Assembly: GCF_963853765.1 (NCBI RefSeq)
Contig: NC_088857.1
Location: 48,050,001 to 48,114,000 of the forward strand
Direction of reading: 5' to 3'
Origin: Magallana gigas
Lineage: Eukaryota
DNA: 64,000 nt
The notes below the pieces were generated by a model. The model worked only from the letters and a program-made list of their open reading frames with translations, made no database searches and was not told the origin of the DNA. Below are positions 11,440-24,052 of this stretch, piece by piece; within the stretch, counting starts at the first letter, position 1, and each line of letters begins with the position of its first letter. Both the position numbers and the translations under genes were made by a program.

Positions 11440-11750
11440 GGTGATAAGGGGCACCTCCATGTTGTGACGTACTATTTATCGAAATAAACAATAAAATCAA
11501 GTGTTAATTTTTTAAATTTTTTCTTTCCAAAAATTATCACCTAACACTAACAGCCTAGCGCAGTGGTTTAGTAGTTTCACTACGAATCTGTATGCCATGA
11601 GTTCGAATCCCTCTGATGTTTTTTTTAATTTTTACCTTTCCTTTATTTTTTGCTTAAATATTGTAAAATTTGAAAATTCTAAACGGGTGAAATATTTTAA
11701 TAATGATGTACTTTAATCAACATTAACATCGACAGATGTTCTATATCACC
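11440..11750 (+). mobile_element. TTAA-flanked MITE (second family) with internal tRNA-like segment
   Basis: TTAA|GGTGATAAGGGGCACCT .. AGATGTTCTATATCACC|TTCA; A box TAGCGCAGTGG at 11556-11566 and B box GAGTTCGAATCC at 11599-11610. Confidence 0.72.
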
Positions 11751-12472
11751 TTCAATATACTGCCTGTTGGATCTTCAAAAACCATGGTAGTGAGCAATTT
11801 CTCTAAATCAAATAATCTATTACAAACAGATACAGCTTATGAGGTGAGTAAAACAATTTACATGTGTACTTATTTATTTTCTTTCTGTTTTGTTCAATAA
11901 ATGCCGTCAGTTGAGTGGTAATGTTTCAGTCATATAAAGTGACTCTTGACAGTTGAGTATGTCATATAAAATGGCTCAAAACAGTGTAATTTGTAAGTAA
12001 ATATCGCCCGATGTTTTTAGTTGTAAACGTGTATAATGGTATATATACTATAGTGGAATGCAAGATACTGCAGCGCTGCCGCGTGTACCACTATATCTCA
12101 CTGTAATGTATGGTGGGCCATGTGAGTTATTACTTGTATTAAATTTTATGTGTATTAACCTAATATGTATGATCTATGTACGTAGGACCCGAATGAACAA
12201 TTGAGGTACCGAATTAAGTAATCTGGCAGTGTGTATTGACATTTTCCTATAGGACACATGCATTATTATGTATGTTGACGACTGTCATCCCATGAATCTA
12301 TTGTACTATCACCAGTGAACATAGATTGTGAACATATTACATTTGGTTTTGTTTTTGATTCCATTCTGGGCGTTTCATGAGTATTTTCGCAACACAGCGT
12401 TCTTCGATCAATCTTTTACCTATAAGTTTCCTTCCATTTGTATTAGATACGTGTAACAGAATTTAACTGACA

Positions 12473-12613
12473 NNNNNNNNNNNNNNNNNNNNNNNNNNNN
12501 NNNNNNNNNNNNNNNNNNNNNNNNNNNNNNNNNNNNNNNNNNNNNNNNNNNNNNNNNNNNNNNNNNNNNNNNNNNNNNNNNNNNNNNNNNNNNNNNNNNN
12601 NNNNNNNNNNNNN
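12473..12613. other. Assembly gap (141 N)
   Basis: N run. Confidence 1.
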
Positions 12614-12716
12614 AAGTTAATATAATATATTTTAAAGGCAATATCAATTGAAAAAATTATAAACTACACATTTCATTCCAACTCAATAATATTCGGAAAA
12701 CACCAATGTTTTTTAT

Positions 12717-12720
<4 letters not shown>

Positions 12721-12802
<82 letters not shown>
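12721..12802. repeat. (TC)41 microsatellite
   Basis: Perfect dinucleotide run starting at the stop codon of the minus-strand ORF. Confidence 0.97.
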
Positions 12803-12805
<3 letters not shown>

Positions 12806-13384
12806 GATGACATAGTCCATAGCTCTTCTGTACTCTGTTCAGAAATAACAGAGGCAGAGGGAGGAGAAAAACGAAATCCTTCCGCTCCCCAAAACTCCAT
12901 CCGAGATCCGCCCAGTATAGGTCTATTGCCGTTGTTGTCTGAGTCCATATCCCCTATTGCTAATACTGGTGAGCCTTTGGTTTCCGCCTTTTTATTCTCG
13001 GAGATCTTCTTAAAAGCTCGCTGCCACTGAGACTGAGACTTCGGAATCGAGTTTTCGTCTCGAGCTTTTCGAGTGGGTGTGGCTACGTCTGACATAGGCT
13101 GTGGCTGGTTTGTTGAGGTTCGGTGTCCTCGGTAGCTCAAGATCGTATCCCAGTGATCGGATGGGTCCGAGTTTGGTTTTCCGTCAACAACAGGTGTATG
13201 TTCCGTGGGCTGCTGCACCTGTCGTTTAGCCCCGAGAAGGCTCTTTAGTTTTTGCCACAAATTCTTTTTTTCGGAACTCTCACTTTTAGACGACTCGTTC
13301 GAGTTTTGTAATGCGTAGTCATGGTCCGTCCATTCTTTAGGGCGCTGTGTTTTTGGTCGACTTCGATTTTTGTTCTCTCTCAAA
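12802..13384 (-). CDS. Orphan terminal-exon-like ORF (193 codons), product unknown
   Basis: Strong acceptor (T12)AG at 13385-13386, a 193-codon open frame visibly more GC-rich than its flanks, and a TAG stop. Low-complexity S/K/E-rich protein with LWQKLKSLLG and QWQRAFKKI helices. No phase-compatible upstream exon was identified. Confidence 0.5.
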
Positions 13385-14700
13385 CTAAAAAAAAAATCTA
13401 AAAAGTTACTGAATCATTGTTGTATGTCTACTGAGCATTTAAAAGATTAAGAGATGATTGCATCCAAAGTTTGAGATGTTATAGTAAGTAAGAATTACAA
13501 AAATTACAAATGTTAATGAAAAACAAATCATTTCTGTAGAAATAACCTTTGTTTATTCTGTCTCTCATTTTCAATGTCAAAATGTTTTAATCATGCAGAG
13601 ACGAAATATGATAGAGAAGTCTTTATGAACCGATAATAATACTTTAGTATACATGCATCATTTGATGAAGTAGTCCCTGTAGAGTTGTTTTTTCTTCTGA
13701 TTTAATTTAAAAGGAGGGGAATTCCATCATGCGCAGGGGAGAATATCGCCCACGGACAAGCCAACAAAAGTGTTGCCTTCAGTGGGTGAATTACCTGACC
13801 AATCAATAATAACCAAAAGCTGGTGGGAAAACCCAACCCTGATTTCCGGTTTAAAACGTCTGAATGATATTTGCACTCCCTTAAAAAGAATTCAAAAAAT
13901 TATCACCTTTTTCTTCAATAATCTGTATCCAACCCCAGCTGCGTTAGGTGTCAGACTCTTTAACACTTCTCTTTTATGTCTATATATATTTTCTTTCTTA
14001 ATTTTTTAAGTTAGGATTTATACATGTTGCTTGCTGAAAAAAAGTCTTCGGTATTTTTGGACAGATCTCTTTTGACTTATAAACAATTTCACAACGATTA
14101 AACTTTTATTACAGTATATTGTGCCATAATTTTCAGTATTTTGCAGACTTCCATGTATAAGAGAGTTGACATTCCAAGGGGAGATATAAGATTAAAGGGA
14201 CTGGATGGCCGTGACCATTTTTAGACCATATTAACTTCCTTGAGAAGAAGAGCCCCGTATGAAGATATAGGAAAAGTATTCAAATTTAAAAGTTTAAATA
14301 TTTAGATTTTTGTTTACTAAATGTCTCGTTTCTTACATTACAAAATGCTGGATATTTGAATAAAAAAATGAAATTCGTCTTCAATCTCATAATGGTTATA
14401 TAAATCCCATTTTCTTATACTCATTGATGGCCTATCATACCTTCCTATTTCGATTTTCAAATCATGGGAGGACAGTCTAAAACGTGTTAATCATTTTTCT
14501 ATATTTTGCATGGACATAGTAGTACACATGTAAACAAAAAATTATCAACTAATTGTTTATATAAATAACATCAATAATAATTTCACAGTCAGACAAATTG
14601 CAAAATGCTGCTATATGGTCATTTTTCCAGGGGAAAGATGGCTAGGGGGAAAATGCACTATACAACGACGGATCAAATGAACGGTCCCAAAACCTTTGCT

Positions 14701-14785
14701 CACAATCTCTCACCAGATAGCGCACTCCGTAAGCTTCACTCGGAGCGGAGCGGAGCGTATTTACGCCCTCTGGTGAGAGATTGTG
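14701..14785. mobile_element. 85-bp TIR mini-element
   Basis: 17-bp perfect TIR CACAATCTCTCACCAGA / TCTGGTGAGAGATTGTG with internal (CGGAG)3. Confidence 0.75.
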
Positions 14786-15402
14786 TTTCCTCGTTTAAAA
14801 GATATTTTTAAGATGCACTGTAAGTTACTTTGAAAATAGGCATGGAGTTTGGTAAGAAAATGCATGGCATCATGTGGCACACGAAATATATCATCTTATG
14901 CATGGTGAATCGGAAATTTCATAATATTCCCCCGCCGAACAATAATCAAAGTAAACAATTTTGAAAAGATAATCGTAACGTGTATGTTACATATACCTTA
15001 GGTCATGACCATTTAGAATAAGTACATACAAAAGCATCTTTGATAATAGTGTTAAAGACAACTGCTGTTTTAAATTTTGATAAATACATGTACATGCAAA
15101 TGCAACATATTATTATCGCATATACCGTTCTAACGATATTGGCTAAGTAAAGGAAAAAAGAAATAATAGGAACGGTTTTGTTCGATTCGATTTCTTTATG
15201 AACGCATGTTTGAAAATGCATTTTTGTTTAGAAATACCATTCCTATGTTTTAGAAATATATATTCTACGTTTTTATCATTCGTTTAATTCTACATACATG
15301 TATTAATAAATAATATTTACATCAACGACAACTCATCATAATCATACAAAATCATGATTATTTACTTTTTGTACAATTATTATTATACGGAAATATCAAA
15401 TT

Positions 15403-15803
15403 AAGATGGTTGTCTATTAGGAAATAACAATGATGTCACAAATTACTAGTATATTCAAACACAAATGGAAAGAGAAATGTGAAGAAACATATAACTGCTT
15501 AAGTACTTTTTAGTACTTTGATTATACTTAGAAGCACGCGTAACTAGTTGAAGCAACTCACTCTCATTATAAACACTGCACAGTTTGTTCAAGGTTAAAA
15601 AAAAAAAAGCGGGCACGTAAAATACATTTCCTGAGCAATTTGTTTTCATGTCAGAATCTTACTGTTGCTGGATAATAAGTCAAACTTGTGCTTCTAAGTA
15701 TAATCAAAGTACTAAAAAGTACATTTCTCTTTCCATTAAATTTGTGTTTGAATATACTAGTAATTCGTGACATCATTGTTATTTCCTAATAGATAACCAT
15801 CTT
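15403..15803. mobile_element. Foldback MITE with ~120-bp arms
   Basis: 15403-15537 is the reverse complement of 15686-15803, apart from an indel in the left arm; TTAA at the left end. Confidence 0.8.
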
Positions 15804-16471
15804 GTGTTTACATCCTCTTATTCTATAGACAGTCAATACATTCACCTTCAGTCTGTCAGATGTACTCTCGGTACTATGATCTTTTGTCAAAAATGAATTT
15901 GTTTAGTGGTAGGAAATTAAAGGTCCCCCACCCCTTCAAATGAGTAACATGAGCATTTGCGTATACCGGAAGTTCGCATCAGAAGGGTTATACATACATT
16001 TGTACTATAAGAGGTTTGCCTCTAAATTATTACCCCCTCCATATACCACTAGCATACAGATGTACATGTATATATTTGCATTTCCATTGTTCTTTCCCAC
16101 TGTAAGCCCATACGGAGGAGCTGCAATTATTTCTCTATAATCGCAATTGTTCTGTCAGTATACTATGACGTCATAAAGGTGTAACGTTATGTATACTTTT
16201 CCATGACGTTGTAGATTTAAACCACTATACGATACATCATGTGTTTTTCTCCAACTCCATTAAAATTGACGTATTTACATGTAATATTAAAACATGTTTT
16301 TGATAACATTTTAAAGGAATTACTGTTATAACATATCATTGATTCTGTTAACAAATCTATGTGAATATATTAAAAAGATACATTACAGTCTGAATGTTTA
16401 CTTTTGATGTAATAGCTAAATGTCAAGGTCTAGGCTAAAACAGGGTATTTGCGAGTGGTAAAATGCAAATA

Positions 16472-16632
16472 TAAGTAATAAACAACGATTATTTAGTGAA
16501 CATGGCGTTATGAATAGCAACTGCTCTGCTGGCATAATTTCCATGATGCGCTAGCGCGCATCATGGAATATGCCAACAGAGCAAGTGCTATTCATAACGC
16601 CATGTTCACTAAATAACGTTGTTTATTTCTTA
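16472..16632. repeat. ~160-bp near-perfect palindrome
   Basis: TTATTTAGTGAACATGGCGTTATGAATAGCA..CCATGATGCGC-TAGC-GCGCATCATGG..TGCTATTCATAACGCCATGTTCACTAAATAA. Confidence 0.9.
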
Positions 16633-19600
16633 AGTGTTTATGCGTTTTTGTAATTTTGTAATTATTTTATTGGGCCCATTTTGGGGTAGTTTCTAGTCAG
16701 ATGGTTATTTCTTAATGCCATGCAGTAAGGTGTTATTAAATTCTTTGTCTTCATCTGTATAAATTAGTTAAAAATTTGGACACTTCTTGTGAAGTTTTCA
16801 TCCACGAGACATCTTACCGAAAATGAAGATAACATTCGGGTACCAAACTTTGTAACCCACATTTTAGAATATGTGTTGTATATACTTAATTCCAGCTTTT
16901 GAAATGAGTGTAACATAAAAAATGTTGACAACTGTAGCGGAATGCACCTAACCTTCTATTGTTTACCTATGTGCTTTAATAAAACCCAGGCGACTGAACA
17001 GTTATTGGAAATATAAATGTTTACAAAATCAACTGCTAAAAAATAGAGATATCAACCAAGTTGAATGCACGTCGACACTATTTTGACCACTCATCAGTCA
17101 TCACGCCTACTAGTAACCTACCTATAGATGTTGTCCTCCATATATAGAACTTCCTGTTTATTTACAGAATGAGTTTTAAAAAATTTACAGCGTAAATTCG
17201 TCGTGATTCATTGCAAGTAATCTATCGAACCTTTTCCCATTTAGCACTGATTTATTTAAATCACATACCGAGCTTTTCGGTCAGATTTGAATGACTTTCA
17301 ATGAAATAGCTAGAGAAAGGAAAGCGTTTTTGTGGATTGAATGTCTGAAAACCATATCGGGTGAACAGCGTCGTTTCTTGTTACGAAATCCCAAAGACCC
17401 TTGACGATTTACCATGTAGGACTACAAGTACTTAACGTAAATAAAATGAAAATCAAAATAGCCAATTCAAAGGTCAATTATACGTGACATACTAGCTAAA
17501 ATATAATATAAACAAATGGCATGGATAATGAGAAAAAGAGTTCGATCTACATGTATGTAAAAAAAAAAACAACAACAAGGAATCAATAAAAAAATATTTG
17601 ATAGATGGTACCCAAGTCAACTTGATTTTCTTTTTTTTAAGAGTTTGATAGCAAGGAAACTTTCGTCCCTTTAACTCTGACGTTTGAACTTATTCATGAA
17701 TTTATTCTATACAACACTTCAAGAACCAGCTGGTATAGCCATTGCGTTACTGTAATCGGTTTTCCGGATTAATTTTGTCTCTTCAACCGGCTCCAAATGT
17801 TATTAAAATTTGAAGGGTGACAACTCGTAAAATGGATGCTGAGGAGAATAGTCATAGTGTCATAATCTCGAAATGATGTAGGTGTGATTACTGTAAATGT
17901 GATGCAGGATTCATTTTTGATAGCTTACAGGTATGTATTCAGTTATTAGATTGTTTTGTTCTGACAGGGGGAAACCAAAAGTAGAGGCAATATCGCGTGA
18001 TGATGAAGAGTGTCACTTGAAGGCCTACGTGATCCGTAGTTTTCCAAAACATCATGGAGTCTGAATTTCAAGCACAAAGAGAAATGCACGAATTTTTATA
18101 TTAAAAAAGAAAGTAGATGACAAATTAATGAAAAAAGAGTAATTGAATAGTCACACCCGGTAAAATGGATAAGAATTTTTCAGAATACTGATAAATAATA
18201 TGAATAACGTTAGCCTAGAATGGCTATAGATTATTTTCTACAAAAGAACGTTATTTAACTGGGGCAAAAATATAAACGACAACACTTCAGTTGGTCAGTA
18301 TGGTTATAACATGCACTTTCTCTGTCAACAAATTATTCACATAGCACACATGTATGCTCTTGGTTATCCAAAAGAGATTTCGGCGAATGTGGTATAGTAC
18401 ATGTACCAGGTATAGTGGGTTCATGGTATAAGTTCAATATGAACATGCTTATCACTTGTTATCTGTTTATTGCATTCTGTAGATACATGTACTTGTAGAA
18501 TACTCTGCCATAGCTATCTGTGTATTTTGATTTTAACAGCAGTTTTCTTTAGTTTGACTTGGAATCCATTCAAATGTCAATTAAGTCAATTAAAAATTGT
18601 TTATTGCAGTTTGTTAATGTATATTATGTTTATTGCAGTTGCTTTGCCCATTTGATAGTTTCGTTTGCAATTACTTTAATTGGCAATGAATAATGAAGTG
18701 TAAATTTGTATTATGTGAAAAACACAAACAGAATATAAACGGTATAAAGTAGTACAAAGTCAGGCTTGATAATTTAGCAAATGTCCAAAAGGAGAACAAA
18801 TATAATCATCTTCTCAAATTTATTTATGTAATCTATTTTTATTTTTTGTAATCTATTTTATCAAAAGATTTGGTCTACAAAAGAAAAATAATTCCATTAT
18901 GTATTGCTCACGTGCTCGTACTTTTTTGTCAGATGTTCAACGATCAAGAATTAAAGTGATGTGGCCTTAGTTATTTATATAGTTAACAGCAAGGAAGACC
19001 ACACATTTAATATTTTGATTGACCATACTGTCTATAATTACATATATTTTTCAGTTTGTATCAAATTAATGTATAACATTATATTACGTGATGTATTGCA
19101 TCATTAGTCTTAGTCCATCTCCCATTATTGATGATCTGAGGTTTTTGTTTCACGGGGGATGTGAGATACCTGAGAGATGGGGAAAAAATTAGTTCATGTA
19201 CAACTCTGTTGGAATCTGAAGTGTATGAGGGTTGTTCAGAAATTATTAATTGTTTCCTTTTCTAAGTGACAAATTTTTATGAAAATTGGCATAACCATTG
19301 AAGAAACCCCAATAAATAATTGAAAAAATTAATTTAAAAAAATTAATATTTTGTTTGTAGCAGTACATTAAAAGTCAGTGGTCGAGTACCCGGCGCAGGC
19401 ATAAATTTGAAGATTTAAAAACTTAAACATCTACATAATGAATGCTGGTACATGTAGACCTACAGTTAATGATAAAAGAAATCAAAATAATTTATTAATT
19501 ATGTTGTTCATTATTCTATTTATTGTGACAAATTTTTATTGAAACAAGTTGAAATATGGAGACAGTAAAAATATATTTACCAAGCAATAAAAATTTAACT

Positions 19601-20049
19601 ACAACGGTATTAAATTAGATTTTGACCTCAAGGGTGTGCAGCAAATACACACGTACATTAAATTTGTGGGAATCCCAAAAGAAAACCTTTTTTAGGTCAA
19701 GCAATTGCTTAAACAGAAACTACTAGTATATGATGGAAAGGGGCTAGGAGCTTTAGTGTATCAAGGTTTTTTAACTGATTGTTTAGCTCGAAACAAAGTG
19801 ACTAAATATGAAGTACTTTGTTTACACTAACTGATGTCAGCAGTTCTAAAATATGTATAGAATGATTGCAAGAGACGTTTGACAGTAATTTGACTTTGGG
19901 ATAGAAATAAGTTAAATTTTGCCAAAAAAATGAAGAATGAAGAGAAAATGTAAATGTTGGTATCTTAATATGAAAATTAAAGATGGAAATGAAGAATAAC
20001 TATTTGTAAGGTGTTTTACACATTAAAGCAATGAAAGGCATTAAAATCA

Positions 20050-20098
20050 GGGTGCTGCTAAAACGCGGAACGGAAAACGGAATGGAACAGAAAATCTT
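20050..20098 (+). repeat. Element end with tandem pentamers (GGGTGCTGCTAAAACGCGGAACGG..)
   Basis: (CGGAA)n-like array after a GGG start; other end not found. Confidence 0.4.
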
Positions 20099-21029
20099 AT
20101 GTTGTTTATGTAATTTTTAAGCAAAAAAATAAAGATTATCAATATCACGTATAAATATTATCAATATTCAAGAATAATTATTTCCTCAAAATTAACACTG
20201 CATGCATTGAACATATTTCCCGATTCATCTATTTTGATTGCATCTTTTACAGGTATGTATATTCTTTTAAATTGTCCAAATGTGCTGCATAAATATTTTG
20301 GGGTCGACAGACTATAGTCCCAATTTATAATCGGAAAATCAAACCAGGAAACGTCTAGAGCTCTCTATTAATTTTTGGATCATATGTATTATAGCTGCAG
20401 GAATGAATAACTGCCAAGTAATGCAAACGTAAACAAAATTGCATATTTAAAAATACTAGTTTCACTAAGTACCGTGCATTTTTAAACAGTAGAAGATATA
20501 TACAATGAACGCCGATATTAGAGAAAAAAATAAAACATAACATGAAATCCACAACGTTATTCGTCCAATAAAATGAAGCTTTTTTTTTGGTAAAATGATA
20601 TTTACAATAGTGGGACATATTTGCAAATAGATGATGCAGCAGGACTTGGTAAATATGATCATCAATGTTGTCAGTCATATGGTTACTTTTTATCTCAATG
20701 ATACTGTATTGTCTATATGATTTAAGATTGCTCTATAGAAAACCGAAAATCCAATATTGAGGTAAGTATATAGATCATATTGGAAATATGAAAAAAATCA
20801 TTTAACACATTAAACGCTTTCACTAAATGCGTTACGCTGTTATACCAGCAATGTCATATAAGAAAAATAAGTAAAAAGTTATAGCTAATTTACTTTTTTA
20901 ATACATAACATGATTTATTTAATATATGTGTATTTCACAATTTGTGTACATTTGATTTTTTCTTTTCATACTCAACTAAAGCCAATTGAAGGCAATGCTA
21001 TATTTGATAGACATTCATAAGAAATTCAA

Positions 21030-21044
21030 GAAAGAGATAGAGAT

Positions 21045-21083
<39 letters not shown>

Positions 21084-21881
21084 CTGAATGGGACATTCTA
21101 ACAACAATTTTCTTTCTATCGATTTGAATTATTGTAAAAATGAAACGATCGAATACAATGTAATTTAGAGCATACTGGTTGGTTACCAGTTTCTAACATA
21201 TAATAATAATTGTTTTAATATGTATAGCATGAATTTGGATGTCCTAATTTGACAAAATTAACTTGCAATTATAAAGAGGTTTTTTACCTGTGTATTACCT
21301 TAAATCAAACATAATCCCCTCTTTCTCTCCCTTTCACACACACGCACATTTTACTTGATTCATTTTTACAATATTTCATATCAATATAAAAAAATTGTGT
21401 GGTTGGAATGTCTCCGTTAATACTGTAAACGTACTATATTTAGGGTGTACGATATTTGGCGGAATATAATTTTTCAACAAGTTAGCATGGATTTGATTTA
21501 GCGCATTTCTGAATTTACCTTTTTATCTACCTATATATTTACCATTTGGCAATGTACTTGATTTTGCGGACGCTGTTTTCCGCCAAAAACGCAAAATAGA
21601 ATACACAGCCAAAGGACTAAAGACAGTTTTTTAATACGTTTACAGTGTAATCATCTTTATATTGCAAGTTAATTTTGTCAAATTAGGACGTCCAAATTCA
21701 TGCTATACATATTAAAACAATTCTTATTATATGTTAGAAACTGGTAACCAACCAATATGCTCTAAATCACATTGTATTCGATCGTTTCATTTTTACAATA
21801 TTTCAAATCGATAGAGAGAAAATTGTTGTTAGAATGTCCCCTTCAGTATCATCATCATCATCATATCTCTATCTCTCTTTC
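21030..21881. repeat. ~250-bp inverted duplication enclosing a MITE
   Basis: 21030-21277 is the reverse complement of 21654-21881 with few mismatches, including (GAT)n/(ATC)n; TACTGTAAACGTA-type MITE at 21421-21647 lies between the arms. Confidence 0.88.
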
Positions 21882-22204
21882 TTTCTTTCTCTCTCTCCCA
21901 AACTTGCGTATATACTTTGCTATGTGATGTCTCTGATAAGTTTTAAGGCATATCTCTCTCTCTCTCTCTCTCTCTTTCTCTCAATGTCTGAATATCATTT
22001 AATGAAACAAATTAGAAACATTAAAAGGTATAGGAATGTACATCAGTTATTTACATAATTGTATAATTTTTGCAAATTTCGGATAATCGGCTCAAAAATT
22101 TACAGCGGCAGTCTGAAACATACAGGTAGTTATATTTTATGGTTCAAAAATTTATTTCAATGAATTTATTTTCACTATTATGTAGTCAAAATTGATATTA
22201 GTTT

Positions 22205-22332
22205 TGTTTAAATTCCGTTTCGTTTCGATATTTGGTTTCGTTTTGTTTCGATTGGTTTCGTTTCATTTCGATTGGTTTCGTTTCGTTCCATTTCGTTTCG
22301 TTTCGATTTCGTTTTGCACGTTACAGGCGCCC
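22205..22332 (-). repeat. (TTTCG)n pentamer array at an element terminus
   Basis: Degenerate GTTTC/GTTTCGATT array ending ..GTTACAGGCGCCC. Confidence 0.8.
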
Positions 22333-22874
22333 AACAATTTAACCCTTAGTTGAGTATGAAATTGAATGATTTTTATAAATTCAAAATGTAAATCAATACT
22401 GTCATACATTTCTCACAGACTCACAGTTAAAAAGAAAAGTGGAGATAAAACTGAACATCATATCTTGTTATTGATTTTTTTTTTTACATCCGTTTTATTT
22501 TAATATTTTATGCGATTCTGATCACAGTAGATTTCTGGTACACTATCGCCCTAGATGTAGTCCCTTTGATGGTTGTGTGGAATTGTTGTATATTCAGTAC
22601 ATTATCAATCAATTAATTATGGGAACTTGAGTGAGGGTTATGGGAATGTTGTTTTTTGATTGATCTGTAGTGATTGATGTGCAAACATCAGCTTTCATCT
22701 GATTCACCAGCAATCAAAGAGATATCAGAATACAAGCACTGGACAGAAATTATGCAAGTACAATGTATTTTTAGGAAGCGTAGCTAGTGATGTTATAACA
22801 TAGCTTAATAATAGCGAAGATGTTGAAACACTGAACATTGCTCGTTGTGAGTCAGGTTCCAGGCTTCTATATAT

Positions 22875-23090
22875 TTATTTTTTTTCATATTTATTTATTT
22901 ATTCACCAGTCAAGGGCCCTCAGAGGGCATATACATTAAAAAAAAAATAATATCATGATTATAACAAACAATGAATGAAATAATAGCCTAGAATGTCCAG
23001 GTTCATATTACATGCAACCATATGCAAAATGATTCATCAATACAATGAAATATATGTATGGGATTTACACATTTAACATTTGAGATAGTG
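22875..23090 (-). mobile_element. LINE 3' end remnant
   Basis: Minus strand TGCCCTCTGAGGGCCCTTGACTGGTGAATAAA plus an A-rich tail, matching the 3' end of the LINE at 60568-61310. Confidence 0.6.
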
Positions 23091-24052
23091 CGTGAACACT
23101 ACAGCTATACAGAAACAAGGTGGCCTGAAAACAGAGAGTACCAAGGGACGGTGCCTGCACAGTCAATCAGACTGGTCGACTTGTACTGAAAGTGTTCAAG
23201 CCAGTATGCTTATACATAACAAACACTCCCCCCCCCCCCCCCCCCCCCATCTAAAAGTAAATATTTGGACTGATGCATACATAGCCTGTATTGCTAAAAA
23301 GCCTGTCATTAAGTTTTGTACTTTAGGCATTATTATGCTGAGTGATTGCAAGAGTAAAAAAAAACCCAGTCTGACCAAGGTTTTAAGGAGCTTGATAGTA
23401 AAACGAAAACCCCGAAGGAAGGAGGAGAGGGATTAAATGAATATTCACCTTTGGTTTAAGTGGTTTTTTTATCTATCAAAAATCTATTCTGCATTTTCCA
23501 ATTTTGCTGACTAGAGGTAACACCAGGCTTGGATAACTGAACTCATTAAAGAACATACTTAATCAAAATCTAGCAATCCACCTCTATGTAAGACATAGGC
23601 AGAGACCATTAGGATGGCAGACTGAAGGAAGGATGGTTGGGCCTATGTTACACAATGTCTAATTATGGCCACCAAGAATCACAGAGGATGATATCGGATA
23701 TATTTTTTATGTCTTATAGAAAAGAAAACCAGACTCAGGAGAATGATACCCTTTATATACAAATGCAAATCATCTTTTTAACTTTTCACATTGTATTGTC
23801 CTTGATGGCTAGGAGATTGAATATTCTAAACTGCAGGCCCTGGGCATGTTTCTGAAGTAAATTTAATGATATGTGCTTATTTAACATTTCTATCTCATTT
23901 CACAATTCCTGGGGGATATTTAGTTAATTGTATTGGCTGGTTATGTTTCATATCCTGTGCATATTAATGGAGAGAAGATTTTAGATGAATTGGTAGACAT
24001 GAAAAGACAGAGGGATATTGAATTACTTGTGGTATTGACACATATCCGGTCA

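Noticed and set aside
11770-11841. Plus-strand ATG..GAG|GTGAGT mini-exon (MVVSNFSKSNNLLQTDTAYE)
   Set aside because: No downstream partner exon or recognisable product; it adjoins a MITE end.
13796-13980. Candidate upstream exons for the orphan ORF
   Set aside because: Joining them in any tested phase gives immediate stops or shifts out of the 193-codon frame.
20355-20760. ORFs of 107 and 66 aa, possible decayed transposase
   Set aside because: Composition is non-coding-like, there are many stops in the other frames, and no motif was recognised.
23430-24000. Possible Tx1/L1 ORF2 remnant (LQFRI..) on the minus strand
   Set aside because: Only a 5-residue resemblance amid many stops; not supportable without an alignment.
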